A stretch of DNA of 63,992 nt, the filler included, from Basidiobolus ranarum (Eukaryota): assembly GCA_040143965.1 (NCBI GenBank). It is 4 parts of 4 records of this genome, joined end to end, with 100 filler letters (N's around TTAATTAATTAA, not from the genome) between each part and the next. Parts side by side here need not be neighbours in the genome. Positions count along the whole stretch, not along the records: positions 1 to 16,695 come from JASJQH010007209.1; 3 more parts are not named here. One strand, written 5' to 3'. Every line of letters begins with the position of its first letter. Positions within the stretch are counted from its first letter, which is position 1. The position numbers and the translations under genes are program-made. The notes beneath the pieces were generated by a model. It saw nothing but the letters and a program-made list of their open reading frames with translations, had not been told where the DNA came from and made no database searches. Shown here piece after piece: positions 1 through 11,459 of this stretch.

Positions 1-323
1 CGGAAACGACCGGCCAAAAGGACGAGAACGGTACCGGGGGTGATGGTAGCACGGAGCTTGGTGGGCTTGGCGGACTTGCGGGTAGCCTTGGGTTGGGCAA
101 TATCCTCAGCAGGGTACCAACGAGAAGCCTTGTTCAAGGCAACAATACGTTCCTTACCGTTCTTCTCACCATTAACTTGAACAGTTTTGGTGGTAGCAGG
201 GGCAGCAGCAGACTTCTCAGCGGCAACCTTGTTCTTCTTGTAAAGGGCACGCTTGGAGAAAGCGCTAGAGCGGGAAAGGCGAGTAACACCTGGAGCAATG
301 AAAGAGTTACGAGGTGTATGCAT
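1..323 (-). CDS. RPL6: 60S ribosomal protein L6 (eL6), 3' part runs off the window
   Basis: Manual translation from ATG 323: [19 protein letters not shown]...[41 protein letters not shown], the eL6 signature. Probable 5'UTR intron upstream. Absent from the ORF track. Confidence 0.95.
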   Translation of the reverse strand, partial: MHTPRNSFIAPGVTRLSRSSAFSKRALYKKNKVAAEKSAAAPATTKTVQVNGEKNGKERIVALNKASRWYPAEDIAQPKATRKSAKPTKLRATITPGTVLVLLAGRF

Positions 324-785
324 CTTTAACCACTACAAAGTAAAGACAATTAGTTTAGTTGTTGGATTTTAGGATTAAAACGCGTCATGGAATGATGTAT
401 GGGTTGGTTTGAGTTCAATGGATTAATTGAAAGTCTACTATGTTTGACAAGCAGAGATTCGTTATAGATGCACTATGGATGAATCCTTATACATGACATG
501 CTCATTCATCTTCATCAAATGTACTCACCAGTTATGGAGTATCAACAAAGACCGCTCTTGTGTGGATGGAGGAGAGAGAGATCCTAGAAATTTTGTGAAA
601 GTCATTTATTCCTCTGGTTACTCAGCGTCAGTAATACCTCTTTTCTCAACACCAATCAGGAATCATATGATCGAAAAAAAATTGTTGCCCTTGATTTGAT
701 TTATTAGATTCTAAGTGTTTTAAGCGATTCAAGTGATTCAAGCGGTTTAGGTGCTATACATAGGATTGGTGTGTTATATTTGTGT

Positions 786-2069
786 TTATTGACGAGGCTT
801 GGGTTTAGTCTCGTTGCTAGCAACCTGTCTAATGAATATAGAATCACCTGGGTTCGATTCAAGCTCCCCTTGCTCAAATGTGTACGACGACGCAATTGCC
901 AAGAGAGTCCCATCGCTGTTAAATGACATGCTGGCGATAGATGTGGGGTACTTGGAGTACTGCTTGATACGCTTCTTGCTCCACCAGTCCCAGATGTTGA
1001 CAGCGCCGTCACCACCTCCGGAAGCAAAAGTTCCATGACTATTAGGAGTAGATTAGTAGATTGTTTAAAGTACAGGAAGGCTAGGTTTACATACATTGGA
1101 TGGAAGGCTATGGCGTTGACGGGATAGATATTATCTACTCCATCGATGTTCTGACGGTGACATTTAAATGCATATTTGTGAGCCTGAATTTCCTCAGATG
1201 GATCAAAAAACTCCACAGCAATACGACCTTCAATTGAAGATATTACGTAGCCTACACTATTGCTAAGTATATCATGACAATGGGTAACAATCACTAAAGG
1301 AGTACACTAACCTTCTCCATTGGGCATACATTTCACACACCGCGTGCTCAGTTTCAACGAACTTTCACGTTGTTGGAGGGGGGTGTCGAGTTTCCGAACA
1401 TCGTGTATATGTATTTGTCGTTCGGACATACCAACTACAATCATGTTACCTGTCATATCCATTGAAAATACTTTGTGACCCTGGTCATAAGTTCCAACAA
1501 GTGGCTTGGAAGACCTTGGGTCCCAGAGTCTCATAGTTTTATCCCACGATCCCGAAACAGCCAAGTCTAAAGAAAAACATGGTAAATCTCTACTCCAAAC
1601 AGGAAACTGAATAATAAAGACATACTTGTCTCGTCTGAAAACCGAACGCACTTTACCGCTGCCTCATGGTCACCCAAAATCATAGTGGCATCATCCTCAC
1701 AATCCCATCTGCAAAAGATGACCAGTTTAAATAAGTATATCAGGAAATAGAAGTAAAAACTATTCTCCATACAGACGAACGCTTTTATCTAAGCCACCAA
1801 GTAAAACTGTTCTAGGATTAACAAAGCATCCATCCAAAATTGGAGTGCCGAAGTCTCGTCTTCTTAATACATTATCTTCTTGAATATCATAGAGCGTAGC
1901 GGTCTAAGTATCAGATGATTAGAAAGATAGAATAGTAAAAAAAAGAATCAGAAAATGGTACCGAGTCCCAAGATGTTGCTAATAAATGGTGTGGATGTGT
2001 AGGAGCAAAAGTGGTGGAGGTGATTCCATCTTGTGGAGGATTAGTTAGCTCAAATTCAGCTTTAAGCAT
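786..2069 (-). CDS. BUB3: Mitotic checkpoint WD40 protein Bub3, multi-exon
   Basis: Spliced exons give [17 protein letters not shown]...[73 protein letters not shown]...[12 protein letters not shown]...LAIASSY; GT-AG introns; stop TAA at 786-788. Confidence 0.92.
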
Positions 2070-2446
2070 GATCTAGTAAAGCAGTGTTCACTGCAGAACT
2101 GCAGTGAATAAACTGATATCAGGTTGTTTGTGTTGTTTGTTTACATCCTTCAGGCTCGAAATTTGGTGTGGATCACTGTCACAATATCTTTAAACATAGT
2201 ATGATCAACAAGATCATCAATTTACATAAGTTAATTTAATATTTACCACCGTTATGTCAAGAATGGCAACGATTACGAGGTTTTTTGCAGCATTTGAATC
2301 TCACTGATACTGCGTAGTTTATATGGTACAATGCATGATACAACGTATGATACTGGTAATAGTAAATGATAATTTCATTCTTTATTGGTCAAATTTTCGT
2401 TACAAGCGTATATTTGTGAGAGTAGTAGAAGGTCGAGATACAGAAT

Positions 2447-2819
2447 CTATGATTCCATCAATTCACGAAGACGACGAACGGTACTTCTGACAGTGGCGGC
2501 AGCGGTAGTGGAGACGGTCCAAGCACCACCAGCCATAACCTTACGGCAACCACGGCATTCCCAAATACCAACGGATTGACGCTTCACAGCATCTTTACCG
2601 CAGAAGGTACAGGTATATTTAGCGTGTTGAGTGATTTCCATCTTCTTGACTTGCTTACGGAGGGAAGCACCATAACGAGTACCGTACTTACCGACGACTC
2701 CGACCTTTTTAGTACGCTTAGCCTATTGACGCAGACAATTTAGTATGATTGTTAGACATGGATGGATGATTTCACCAAGTTGGATTGATGGCTATCGTGT
2801 TTGAAGGAATACTGACCAT
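2447..2819 (-). CDS. RPL43: 60S ribosomal protein L43 (eL43/L37a)
   Basis: ATG-only first exon (2817-2819), intron, then [43 protein letters not shown]...GIWECRGC (C4 zinc ribbon). Confidence 0.96.
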
Positions 2820-2964
2820 TTCGAAGATGTGCTTGGAAAGGATGCAAAAGGACGACCTTTGGCTTCTGTTTCTCACTTTTGATCTTTTCCATTCCTGCTC
2901 CCGTTCCCGAATAGGCCAGCAATCTTTTTTTTATGATCAAAAATTGGAAATCAGTCATCAGTTC

Positions 2965-3072
2965 AAAATATAGGTGATACGTGGATTATGATTGTGATTG
3001 AAAATATAGGTGATACGTGGATTATGATTGTGATTGAAAATATAGGTGATACGTGGATTATGATTGTGATTG
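2965..3072. repeat. Perfect tandem repeat, 36 bp x 3
   Basis: AAAATATAGGTGATACGTGGATTATGATTGTGATTG at 2965, 3001 and 3037, with no spacers. Confidence 0.95.
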
Positions 3073-3085
3073 AGATTGCGATTTA

Positions 3086-3685
3086 TTAAACAAAGCAAGC
3101 CGTACAATAGCTTGAGTTCGATCCAAAATTCCAGCAAGACCGATTTTTAGCGGTACAGGACCAGATACATAGCGATATTAAAACCAGACATATCATAACA
3201 CCGATGATCGAATATTTATATCGTTGTAAAAAGGCTATCACCTCATTTTGACTATCGCCAGTAATGGAACGACTAATCCTAGGAGGTCGCTGAACTTCTG
3301 TCGTCTCAACTACTCCACGACGGTACAGAGCTTTATTAGTCACAGGTATTATCTTCTCCGAGTCAGTGCTTGCTGTATCTATAGTTGTGCGAGTTGAATT
3401 GCATCTTTGTCGTCGATGACGAGTAGAACATGGAACACGTTGTTTAAGGAGAAATTGAATATCGGTGGAGGCATATTGAATCGCTTGAGGATTTGTACTA
3501 TGGATTGTTGGGGTATTGGTTATATCCGAAGGTGATAACGAATTCATGTGAGAATCACTCTGGGACTTTGGAGTAAACAGATGCTCTGGAGTTGGACTGT
3601 ATTGTCGAAATTTTGCAGTGGATGTAACCTGGAGGCAATATAAACAGTGAAGAATGAGGAAACTAAATACATATCTACCAAACAT
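3086..3685 (-). CDS. Hypothetical single-pass membrane protein (199 aa)
   Basis: Hydrophobic N-terminus (signal-like), Ser/Thr/Pro-rich body, hydrophobic stretch YSIIGVMICLVLISLCIW, Cys-rich tail. No recognised family. Confidence 0.55.
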   Translation of the reverse strand: MFGRYVFSFLILHCLYCLQVTSTAKFRQYSPTPEHLFTPKSQSDSHMNSLSPSDITNTPTIHSTNPQAIQYASTDIQFLLKQRVPCSTRHRRQRCNSTRTTIDTASTDSEKIIPVTNKALYRRGVVETTEVQRPPRISRSITGDSQNEVIAFLQRYKYSIIGVMICLVLISLCIWSCTAKNRSCWNFGSNSSYCTACFV

Positions 3686-4524
3686 AATGAGTAGAAGAAA
3701 AGGAAATAATAGAAGCGTAGCTTTTCAACCAAACCAGTGAAGTGAAAGAAACATTCGTGAGTACGATAGAGAGGAGATACCGAGTTATATTATAACTAAG
3801 AGAATATTAATTTAAGATACAAGTGGTATCTTTACGGAAATTAATGTTAAAAACAACTGGATTTTACTAATTAACTGTTACCAAATGTCCCGATGCTCTT
3901 CATACATCTTTACAGATACACGCAGAGATTTAAATGTATGTGTGCTAGTATCACTGACGACTTAGTTCTTTTATAAATCGTACTGTTAGTCGAATGCATA
4001 ATCAAATATAAACACATATGCGCAGTACGGTTAAGCCATAAAGTTCAACAGTATGTAAACCTTCTACGCTAATGGATAAAGGATTATAAACGACGTCGCT
4101 GAATTAGCAGCTATGCTAGTCATTTGGGCACTTTTGGAACGGCAGTCCACTAAGGTTTGTGAAGTCATAATGAAGATCCTCAAAATCAACAATGGAGTGT
4201 TATCAGGACGGAAGTTGATCACCACCACAACATTATTGATGCATACAAATGGCAAGTATATCAAATCTGTAGGTATAGTTGTGTAAAGCCACTGTTAACA
4301 CCACCACTCCACTGCGAAAAGATCATTAATTTAGTTGGTCTAGAACATTGGTTCTTAATTAAGGTGGTTTAATAAAACCATTTTCACCACAAAATTCAAT
4401 AGCATTGCACATATATTGAAATCAGATTTGATCTCAAACTTTTACATGTATCATAGGTAGTTGGTAAAAATTTATTCTTCTAGTCCACATTCTAGTTCAA
4501 ACATCTTCCGGCTTTTCTCTAAAA

Positions 4525-6980
4525 ATGCAGGCCACAGTAACCAAGCCACAATGGCTTCGTTACGCTCAAAACAGTTCGAAGGTTTCTCGTCGTTGTATGT
4601 AGAACATTGTTTATTTGAATTAGATTGAACCGTATTGATTCCAATAATTTTTCTTAGTTATTTCAACCAAGTACTTACAACATCGCGTAAATTTATGGAA
4701 TATCGAAAAAAAGAAACAAGAGGAACTAACACGTGAGTTGTTTGGAAACAAAAAAGTGGAAATAAGTCTTCCAGATGGTAGTGTTAAATGCGTCGAAGCC
4801 GGTGTAACTACACCTTTTGATATTGCTTCTGGTAATGTTTCCGACAGTAACTTGTATGTTTTTTTACCTCAAACAATTCTAACAAGACCGACCTATTAAT
4901 GTTTTCTAGGGATTTCTCGTTCTCTCGCTAAAGATGCTGTCATTGCCAAAGTAAACGAATCCACGTTGTGGGATATGTCAAGACCTTTGGTAGACAATTG
5001 TAGTTTACAAATTTGTAAATATGATCCTCAAGACGAAAGCATTCACGACACATTCTGGCACTCCTCTGCCCATTTACTGGGTTCAGCACTGGAGGCAAAA
5101 TATGGTGATAATATACTTTTATGTGACGGACCGTCACTCAAAGACCGTGGATTCTTTTATGAGTTTTTATTATTGAAGAATTCATCACTATTAGATCAAC
5201 AGGTTTCCAATTCCAAGAGTAATCGTGACAAAGTACGGGAGCTTTTACAATCAGACGATGTGGAATATCTCGGAGAACAGAATCTCCCCGAAATTGTCAA
5301 GTTCATGAATAAAGGGATGTCTCAAAAAAGTCCTTTCGAGCGCTTAGTAGTAGATCGAAGTTTCGCTAATAAACTCTTTGAAGCCAATCCATTCAAACTT
5401 CATTACATCAATAACGTTCCTGAAGACTCTCCCATCACTCTTTACAAATGTGGCGATTTCATCGATCTTTGCCGTGGCCCTCATGTAGCGCATACCGGGC
5501 AAATTCGTGCTTTTGATTTGCTCAAGACCGCTTCTGCCCATTGGCTACCTGAGATGTCGGAAAGTAATATTCCTCAAGCTTTGAATCGTATTTACGGAAT
5601 TTCTTTTCAAAACGCACAAGGCCTCAAAGCCTGGAAAGATACCGTAGAAGAGGCGAAAAAACGCGATCATCGTGTTATTGGAAAAGCTCAGAATCTATTT
5701 ACTTTTCATCCTTGGAGTCCTGGATCTACATTCATGTTACCTCATGGGACTCGTATTGCCCACAAACTCGCCAACTACATTCGCCAAGAGTATAACAAGT
5801 TTGGTTATGACGAGGTGATGAGCCCGTTGATTTATAAAAAAGAACTATGGGAGACATCTGGTCATTGGGAGAACTACAAGGAGGATATGTTTGTAGTGCA
5901 GGGGGGTGCCGACGAAGCCACGAATAGTGGGCATAGTTGCTGTGGAGATGCTGATGGAGAAGACGTATTTGGTTTAAAGCCCATGAATTGCCCAGGTCAT
6001 TGTCTCATTTTTGATAGCACTACACGATCATACCGTGATCTTCCCATTAGACTTGCGGACTTTAGTCCTCTTCATAGGTAATCATGATGCAGTATATTCT
6101 TTGTAGTTAAAATCATGTTAATAATTCGACTTTACCTCACAGAAACGAAGCATCTGGTGCTTTATCAGGGTTGACTAGGGTTCGTAAATTCCACCAAGAT
6201 GATGCTCATATATTTTGTGCAGATTCTCAGATTTTCTCCGAAATTTCCAACACACTCTCATTTGTAGAAAGAGTGTACTCAATTTTCAAGTTCCCTCATT
6301 ACGACTACACACTCTCTACACGCCCTTCGAACTATATAGGTGAAGTAGCGGAGTGGGATCGCGCCGAAGAGGCATTGAAGAAAGCTTTGAACGACACTGG
6401 TCGTCCCTGGACGATCAAAGAGGGAGATGGAGCGTTCTATGGACCAAAGATTGATATCATGGTTAGAGATGCTCTCCAACGGGTTCATCAAACTGCCACT
6501 ATTCAACTGGATTTCCAATTACCTAGGAGATTCAACCTACATTACCATGGTGAGGATGAGAAAATACACACACCTGTAATCATTCATCGTGCTATACTGG
6601 GATCCATCGAGCGAATGATGGCGATTTTAATCGAACATACCTCTGGTAAATGGCCATTCTGGCTTAGTCCAAGACAAGCAATGTTATGTCCAGTGGGTGG
6701 CCCGGAATCCGTCGAATATGCCAAAGCTGTGAAAGCCAAACTTGCAGATCCAACACCGGACAATCACTTCTATATCGATGTCAACACTTCTAAAAATACT
6801 TTGAATAAGATGGTACGTGAGGCTCAACTTTCACAGTACAATTTCATTCTTGTTGTAGGAGAAAAAGAACGGAATGAAAATACTGTAACAGTGCGGGCCC
6901 GAGATGGAAAGATCTTGGGAGTTAAAACGATTGAAGAAGTGCAAGAAATGTTCCATTCGTTGAATTTGAATTTTGATTAG
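4525..6980 (+). CDS. TARS2: Threonyl-tRNA synthetase, probably mitochondrial
   Basis: Basic presequence-like N-terminus (MQATVTKPQWLRYAQNSSKVSRR), TGS domain, editing motifs HSSAHLLG and DLCRGPH, KPMNCPGH, RNEASGALSGLTRVRKFHQDDAH, GAFYGPKID, anticodon-binding C-terminus; three GT-AG introns. Confidence 0.92.
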
Positions 6981-7261
6981 ATCTACGCATGTATTCAAAA
7001 CATATTTTCAAAGCATACATCCAAATATATGTCCATCCATAAAGCACTAGATTTCCATGCATTCCATTAAATTTATCTCCTCTATTCTTTAACCATCAAC
7101 TTTGCTTGTATTTCACTATACTTTAAGCTAACCTGAAGATGGAACGTACGTGTGAACAACAAGCTTTTATTGGTTCTAAAGGTGGAAATGTGAGCTGAAA
7201 GATAGCAAGATTCAATATTATTTTAAGTGAAGTTATAGATAGAAAAAGTCAGGCTCGAGAT

Positions 7262-10200
7262 TTACATGAATTTCATATTCCAATCTTCAAATATAAGTAT
7301 TGGCTTTTCAACTGGGGTAGGTGGATCCATACCTGTTTGCTGTAAAACTAAGATCTCAGCTTGAGTGGGTTGAATAATCGCCACGAAAATTGAATCCATA
7401 GAAGACTTGATCGTTTGATGAAGCTCTAACATTTTCTTCTGGATCTCTCGGGCCTTCTCAGAATGTCCGAAAAGTGCTAGATGTTTAACAAGACTCTTTG
7501 ATTCAGCTTGGTGAACATTGAAACGTAATATGAGGCGCTTGAGAGAATCCATAAGATACTCCTCCTCGAAGGCACTTCCTTTTTTACCACGGAGACGCTT
7601 TTCCTTCTTCTTACGACTCTTGGCAGTTTTGCCACTCTTGGATGATAATGAGGTCATTCTGGTAGATGCTTTTGTATACCTGGAGAAGTCACTTGCCATA
7701 GAAGTAGTATCTGACATTACATCAATATTATCAAGCATATCTGAAGCCAACTCCATTTCAGAGGCTTCTTGGGCCTTTTTAGCACGAATTTCGGCAAGTC
7801 TAGTGGTTTGCTTGCTTAATTGATCATTCATCTCGGAGATATCCTCATTGAGATGATTAAATGATTCAACAAGCCCAGGCTTTATGTGAGTCTCAATAAG
7901 ATCGGATCTATCATAAAGATTGGAAATACGAAGCGCCTCATTCCAGAGATTACCATTGGTAAGAGTGTCCACTGCTTCTTCGGGATCTTTAACGTAGTCA
8001 AGAAGAATGACTGCCGCATCCTTACACATTCTCTTGTCTTTCAATTGGGATGCGAGACTTCTACCGAGAGCAGCTACTTCTGAGTCATCATATTTCAATT
8101 GATGTACCAAAGAGAAGACCTCTTGCCAACAGAGAGCACGTTGATAAGATTCCAGCGCTTTCTCAAGCTTACCGCACATCATATACGAAATACCAGCTTC
8201 TTCGAATTGAGATTGAGTGTGTAAGAAATCACCATAAATGTCAAGAACCGCATTATGTTTCTCAGAATCGGTAGAGAATAACTCGAGTGCATATACATAT
8301 AGATTATACTTTTTGATGTATTCAAGGCAATCATCAAAGTATTGATTACCGGCAAGGTTGAGATTCATCAAAGCCTTCGAGTGTCTTCCAAGATGATCAT
8401 CAATGCGATATCTTTGATAATATTGCTCAAGTTGTTGCAACTCTGTTAAAAATGGTAAATATTCACGAGGATCCTTTTGTGATTGTTGAGCAACCATCAA
8501 GACAAGCTCAAAGTCGTACATTCCAAGAGCAACATCGTGAAGTAAATTGACATCAACAAGGAAAATGGTATACTTGAGAGCGTCGTCAGCAGCAGCAGAA
8601 TCCTGTTTTTTAATTTCACGAAGAAGAGTCAAAGCCTCTTCCAATTCAGGAGGAGTCTTCTTCACATAAGTTGTAATAATAGGCTGCATAAACTTCTTGG
8701 TATCCAAAGTATTAAGCTGTGCACGGATAGCATCGCAGATAATGTTGACTTTGTTCGTGTATTTGCTTTGATCCTTGTTACGAGTAGCTTTATCAAAAAT
8801 CATCGGATACATAGTAACAGTGACATCCTCGTTACTTAAACTTGAGAGGAAAAGATTTAAGTAATCTACATCCTTGATTTGTGTAACGAGCAAGGCAACA
8901 TTCTCCATGAAAGCGTCTGGTGAGTGATCATACAATATGTTAAGGTCAAGGCGATGCTTACGACAATCAACGAAAGCAGAGCGGTAATCCAATCGATCCA
9001 ACGATTCTCTAACCGCAGAAAGTACCATAGCTCTAGGATATACGGTTTCAAGATTACCTCTAGGCATTTGGAGTACTAGCGACATGCTAGATGAGATGGC
9101 AGCAACGATTTTCGAACCTCTCTCAACCCGGCGAATGGTTTCATCATACTTCAAAGTATTATCAGTAGGAACCTTAAACTCCTCGATATCAATATTCAAC
9201 GGAATAAAACGAACAATATGAGATACAGTAGTATAGATCAAGAAATGATCGGTGACATAGAAGGAAGTACAATCTGATGCCAGAAGAGTATTGTTAACAT
9301 AGAGCTTGTTACGATCACTTTGAGCAATTAAGGCCTCCACTGAAGTCTCTGGAGAAGATCCAATACGAGCAGAAGTGATCCAAGTGCAAGGTTCAGAAAG
9401 GGTAGAAACACCAGAGAAAGGCATAAGTTCGAAATTTCCAGGCTCACAATCAAGCTGATAAATTTCACCATTGGCTGACTCAATCAAAACCTCTTCACGA
9501 ACAGAGTTATGATATAGACGTATGATCGATGTATGAGAATCAATGGACTCAACACTCAAAAGTGTGACTTCAGGCTCGCATTGAACATGCATAAGGACTA
9601 AACTATCTTGCTTGCCGATTTGAGACTGGATAGCAACCATGGCGCGAGGATTGATCCAAGCAATTTGTTTTAAGGTACCACATGGTAGCTTCTCCTTCGT
9701 ATCAAAGGAGCCCAATAGACGAGGAACAGTTGGTTTGGATGTTGTCTTGCTGAAGGGTGTTTCATAAAGAGAAATAGAGCCATTGGTGTTTAAAGTAGCA
9801 AAATTGTTCACATGAGCACCAGAGCAAAAGCTAACGTTGGAGACTGGGTACTCGCATTCGATTTCAAATGCGCTCATAGGAGGAGGAACGTTGAGGAATT
9901 TGAAAGGAGTCAACAGCAGAGATGAGCCGTCAATAACTGCGGCCATTCCGGTCTCGTTAGCAGAAGCGCCACCACTAACAAAGTGGTCCCAACAATAGTT
10001 GTACTGATGGTAACAGCCACTGTGAGTAAAAATGTGCAATCTCAGAGCTGACTCTACATCCCATGAAGCTTGTACAATAGGACCTTCAATAGCATCGAAA
10101 CCAATCTCTTGTTTCAAGTACCAATGATAATTGTTCATTGTCCACAACTGAATACAAGATTTGTTCACAGTGCGATTCTCATTCTCAAGCCAAATAGCCA

Positions 10201-11164
10201 AAACACTAGAATCCGAATTCCAAAAGATCTCCACAATCTTAGCGTCCTTTTCTCTTAAAGAGAACTCGCCATGTCTGAGACCATTTCGTTCGAAAAATAC
10301 AATGTCGTGTTTATGTGGTAGAAGCTGACTGCCAGTAATAAGACTTCCAGAAGGTTTCCAAGAGCAAACATGCTCTAATTTATCTACAGGTTCTGAGGTG
10401 TTCTGAAGAACACCTTCACGGCTATACATACGAAGAATTCGTATCCCTCTACTTTTGTCGATAATAGAAACAACGAAGAAATTACCATCGCCTCTCCAAG
10501 AAACCCTAGGCTGGCGATCGTCGTTTGATGACAAAGTGAATGAGGAAGTATCTGCACGCTTTAAAGCGGCTTGTTTTCCTTCTGAACCGTGAAACTGGGT
10601 TTCTTTCTTTCCCCAACCGACATTAACTTGGGCATCTTCACCGATTTCCTCCACGTGAATAGAGTGTTCACCAAGGACATCAAAGTCTTTGGTCATTAAG
10701 AGCATAGTATCTTTACCAGTGATGAATAGCACCAATTCTTCATCGGGACTCCATTCCATGGCACAGATTCCGATTTCTACAGATCCGACACATTCAACCA
10801 TTTCTTCCGGAGAACCATCCTTTTTGATTAGATAAATGTCGCCATTACTTAGAGCTACACATACTGCTTGTAATTCGAGAAGGAATCTTATTCCAACAAC
10901 ACCTTCAGGAATAGTGCTTGACTCTTCATTGAAGTTTTCACCTAAGGGGAGAGAAGCCAACTCGGTCAAACTAGGCTCTTCCCAGTTCTCCCTTTCAGAT
11001 AGTAGCAATACTTTAACTTCGTTATCATGTTCGGATTTATGCGCCACATAAGTATCGCGCTCTACAGAATCAAAACAAGCCTGCAATGAACGCAAATAAC
11101 TGTCTGAGGGAAGAGAGACAGGTAAACTGTATGCGATTTTGTTCGCAAGTATGAGGTTCTTCAT
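7262..11164 (-). CDS. ELP1: Elongator complex subunit 1 (Iki3)
   Basis: 1300-aa intronless ORF with VNVGWGKKETQFHGSEGK, SWRGDG, FFERNGLRHGEF, LQMPRGNLET, SQKDPREYLPFL and a basic C-terminal patch. Confidence 0.97.
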   Translation of the reverse strand: MKNLILANKIAYSLPVSLPSDSYLRSLQACFDSVERDTYVAHKSEHDNEVKVLLLSERENWEEPSLTELASLPLGENFNEESSTIPEGVVGIRFLLELQAVCVALSNGDIYLIKKDGSPEEMVECVGSVEIGICAMEWSPDEELVLFITGKDTMLLMTKDFDVLGEHSIHVEEIGEDAQVNVGWGKKETQFHGSEGKQAALKRADTSSFTLSSNDDRQPRVSWRGDGNFFVVSIIDKSRGIRILRMYSREGVLQNTSEPVDKLEHVCSWKPSGSLITGSQLLPHKHDIVFFERNGLRHGEFSLREKDAKIVEIFWNSDSSVLAIWLENENRTVNKSCIQLWTMNNYHWYLKQEIGFDAIEGPIVQASWDVESALRLHIFTHSGCYHQYNYCWDHFVSGGASANETGMAAVIDGSSLLLTPFKFLNVPPPMSAFEIECEYPVSNVSFCSGAHVNNFATLNTNGSISLYETPFSKTTSKPTVPRLLGSFDTKEKLPCGTLKQIAWINPRAMVAIQSQIGKQDSLVLMHVQCEPEVTLLSVESIDSHTSIIRLYHNSVREEVLIESANGEIYQLDCEPGNFELMPFSGVSTLSEPCTWITSARIGSSPETSVEALIAQSDRNKLYVNNTLLASDCTSFYVTDHFLIYTTVSHIVRFIPLNIDIEEFKVPTDNTLKYDETIRRVERGSKIVAAISSSMSLVLQMPRGNLETVYPRAMVLSAVRESLDRLDYRSAFVDCRKHRLDLNILYDHSPDAFMENVALLVTQIKDVDYLNLFLSSLSNEDVTVTMYPMIFDKATRNKDQSKYTNKVNIICDAIRAQLNTLDTKKFMQPIITTYVKKTPPELEEALTLLREIKKQDSAAADDALKYTIFLVDVNLLHDVALGMYDFELVLMVAQQSQKDPREYLPFLTELQQLEQYYQRYRIDDHLGRHSKALMNLNLAGNQYFDDCLEYIKKYNLYVYALELFSTDSEKHNAVLDIYGDFLHTQSQFEEAGISYMMCGKLEKALESYQRALCWQEVFSLVHQLKYDDSEVAALGRSLASQLKDKRMCKDAAVILLDYVKDPEEAVDTLTNGNLWNEALRISNLYDRSDLIETHIKPGLVESFNHLNEDISEMNDQLSKQTTRLAEIRAKKAQEASEMELASDMLDNIDVMSDTTSMASDFSRYTKASTRMTSLSSKSGKTAKSRKKKEKRLRGKKGSAFEEEYLMDSLKRLILRFNVHQAESKSLVKHLALFGHSEKAREIQKKMLELHQTIKSSMDSIFVAIIQPTQAEILVLQQTGMDPPTPVEKPILIFEDWNMKFM

Positions 11165-11459
11165 TGTTCCTGGTCGTGAAAATTCCTCGCAACAAAAGGT
11201 TTTGGAATATTGGTTGACCTTTTACGAACTCCACACTTTTTTTTACTTCCAAAAAGATAGTCAAGCTTGATTATTTTATTTTTATATTATAGTAAATTCA
11301 ATTTTTACTGTATATATCATTGACTATTTTAAGTCAATATTCCTGAGAGTCAATCCCGAAAAAAAAAAAATGAAATTCCACCTGAATGAACTGTCCTCAA
11401 TGCAAAAGACAATGTTGATTAAGTTTATTTTACTTGGTTATCAGTGTTAGAACAACAAC

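Noticed and set aside
334-529. Box C/D snoRNA in the RPL6 5' intron
   Set aside because: A TGATGA is present but I found no matching CTGA box D or terminal stem.
2965-3072. 36-bp repeats as a CRISPR array
   Set aside because: Units are contiguous with no spacers, there are no cas genes, and the context is eukaryotic.
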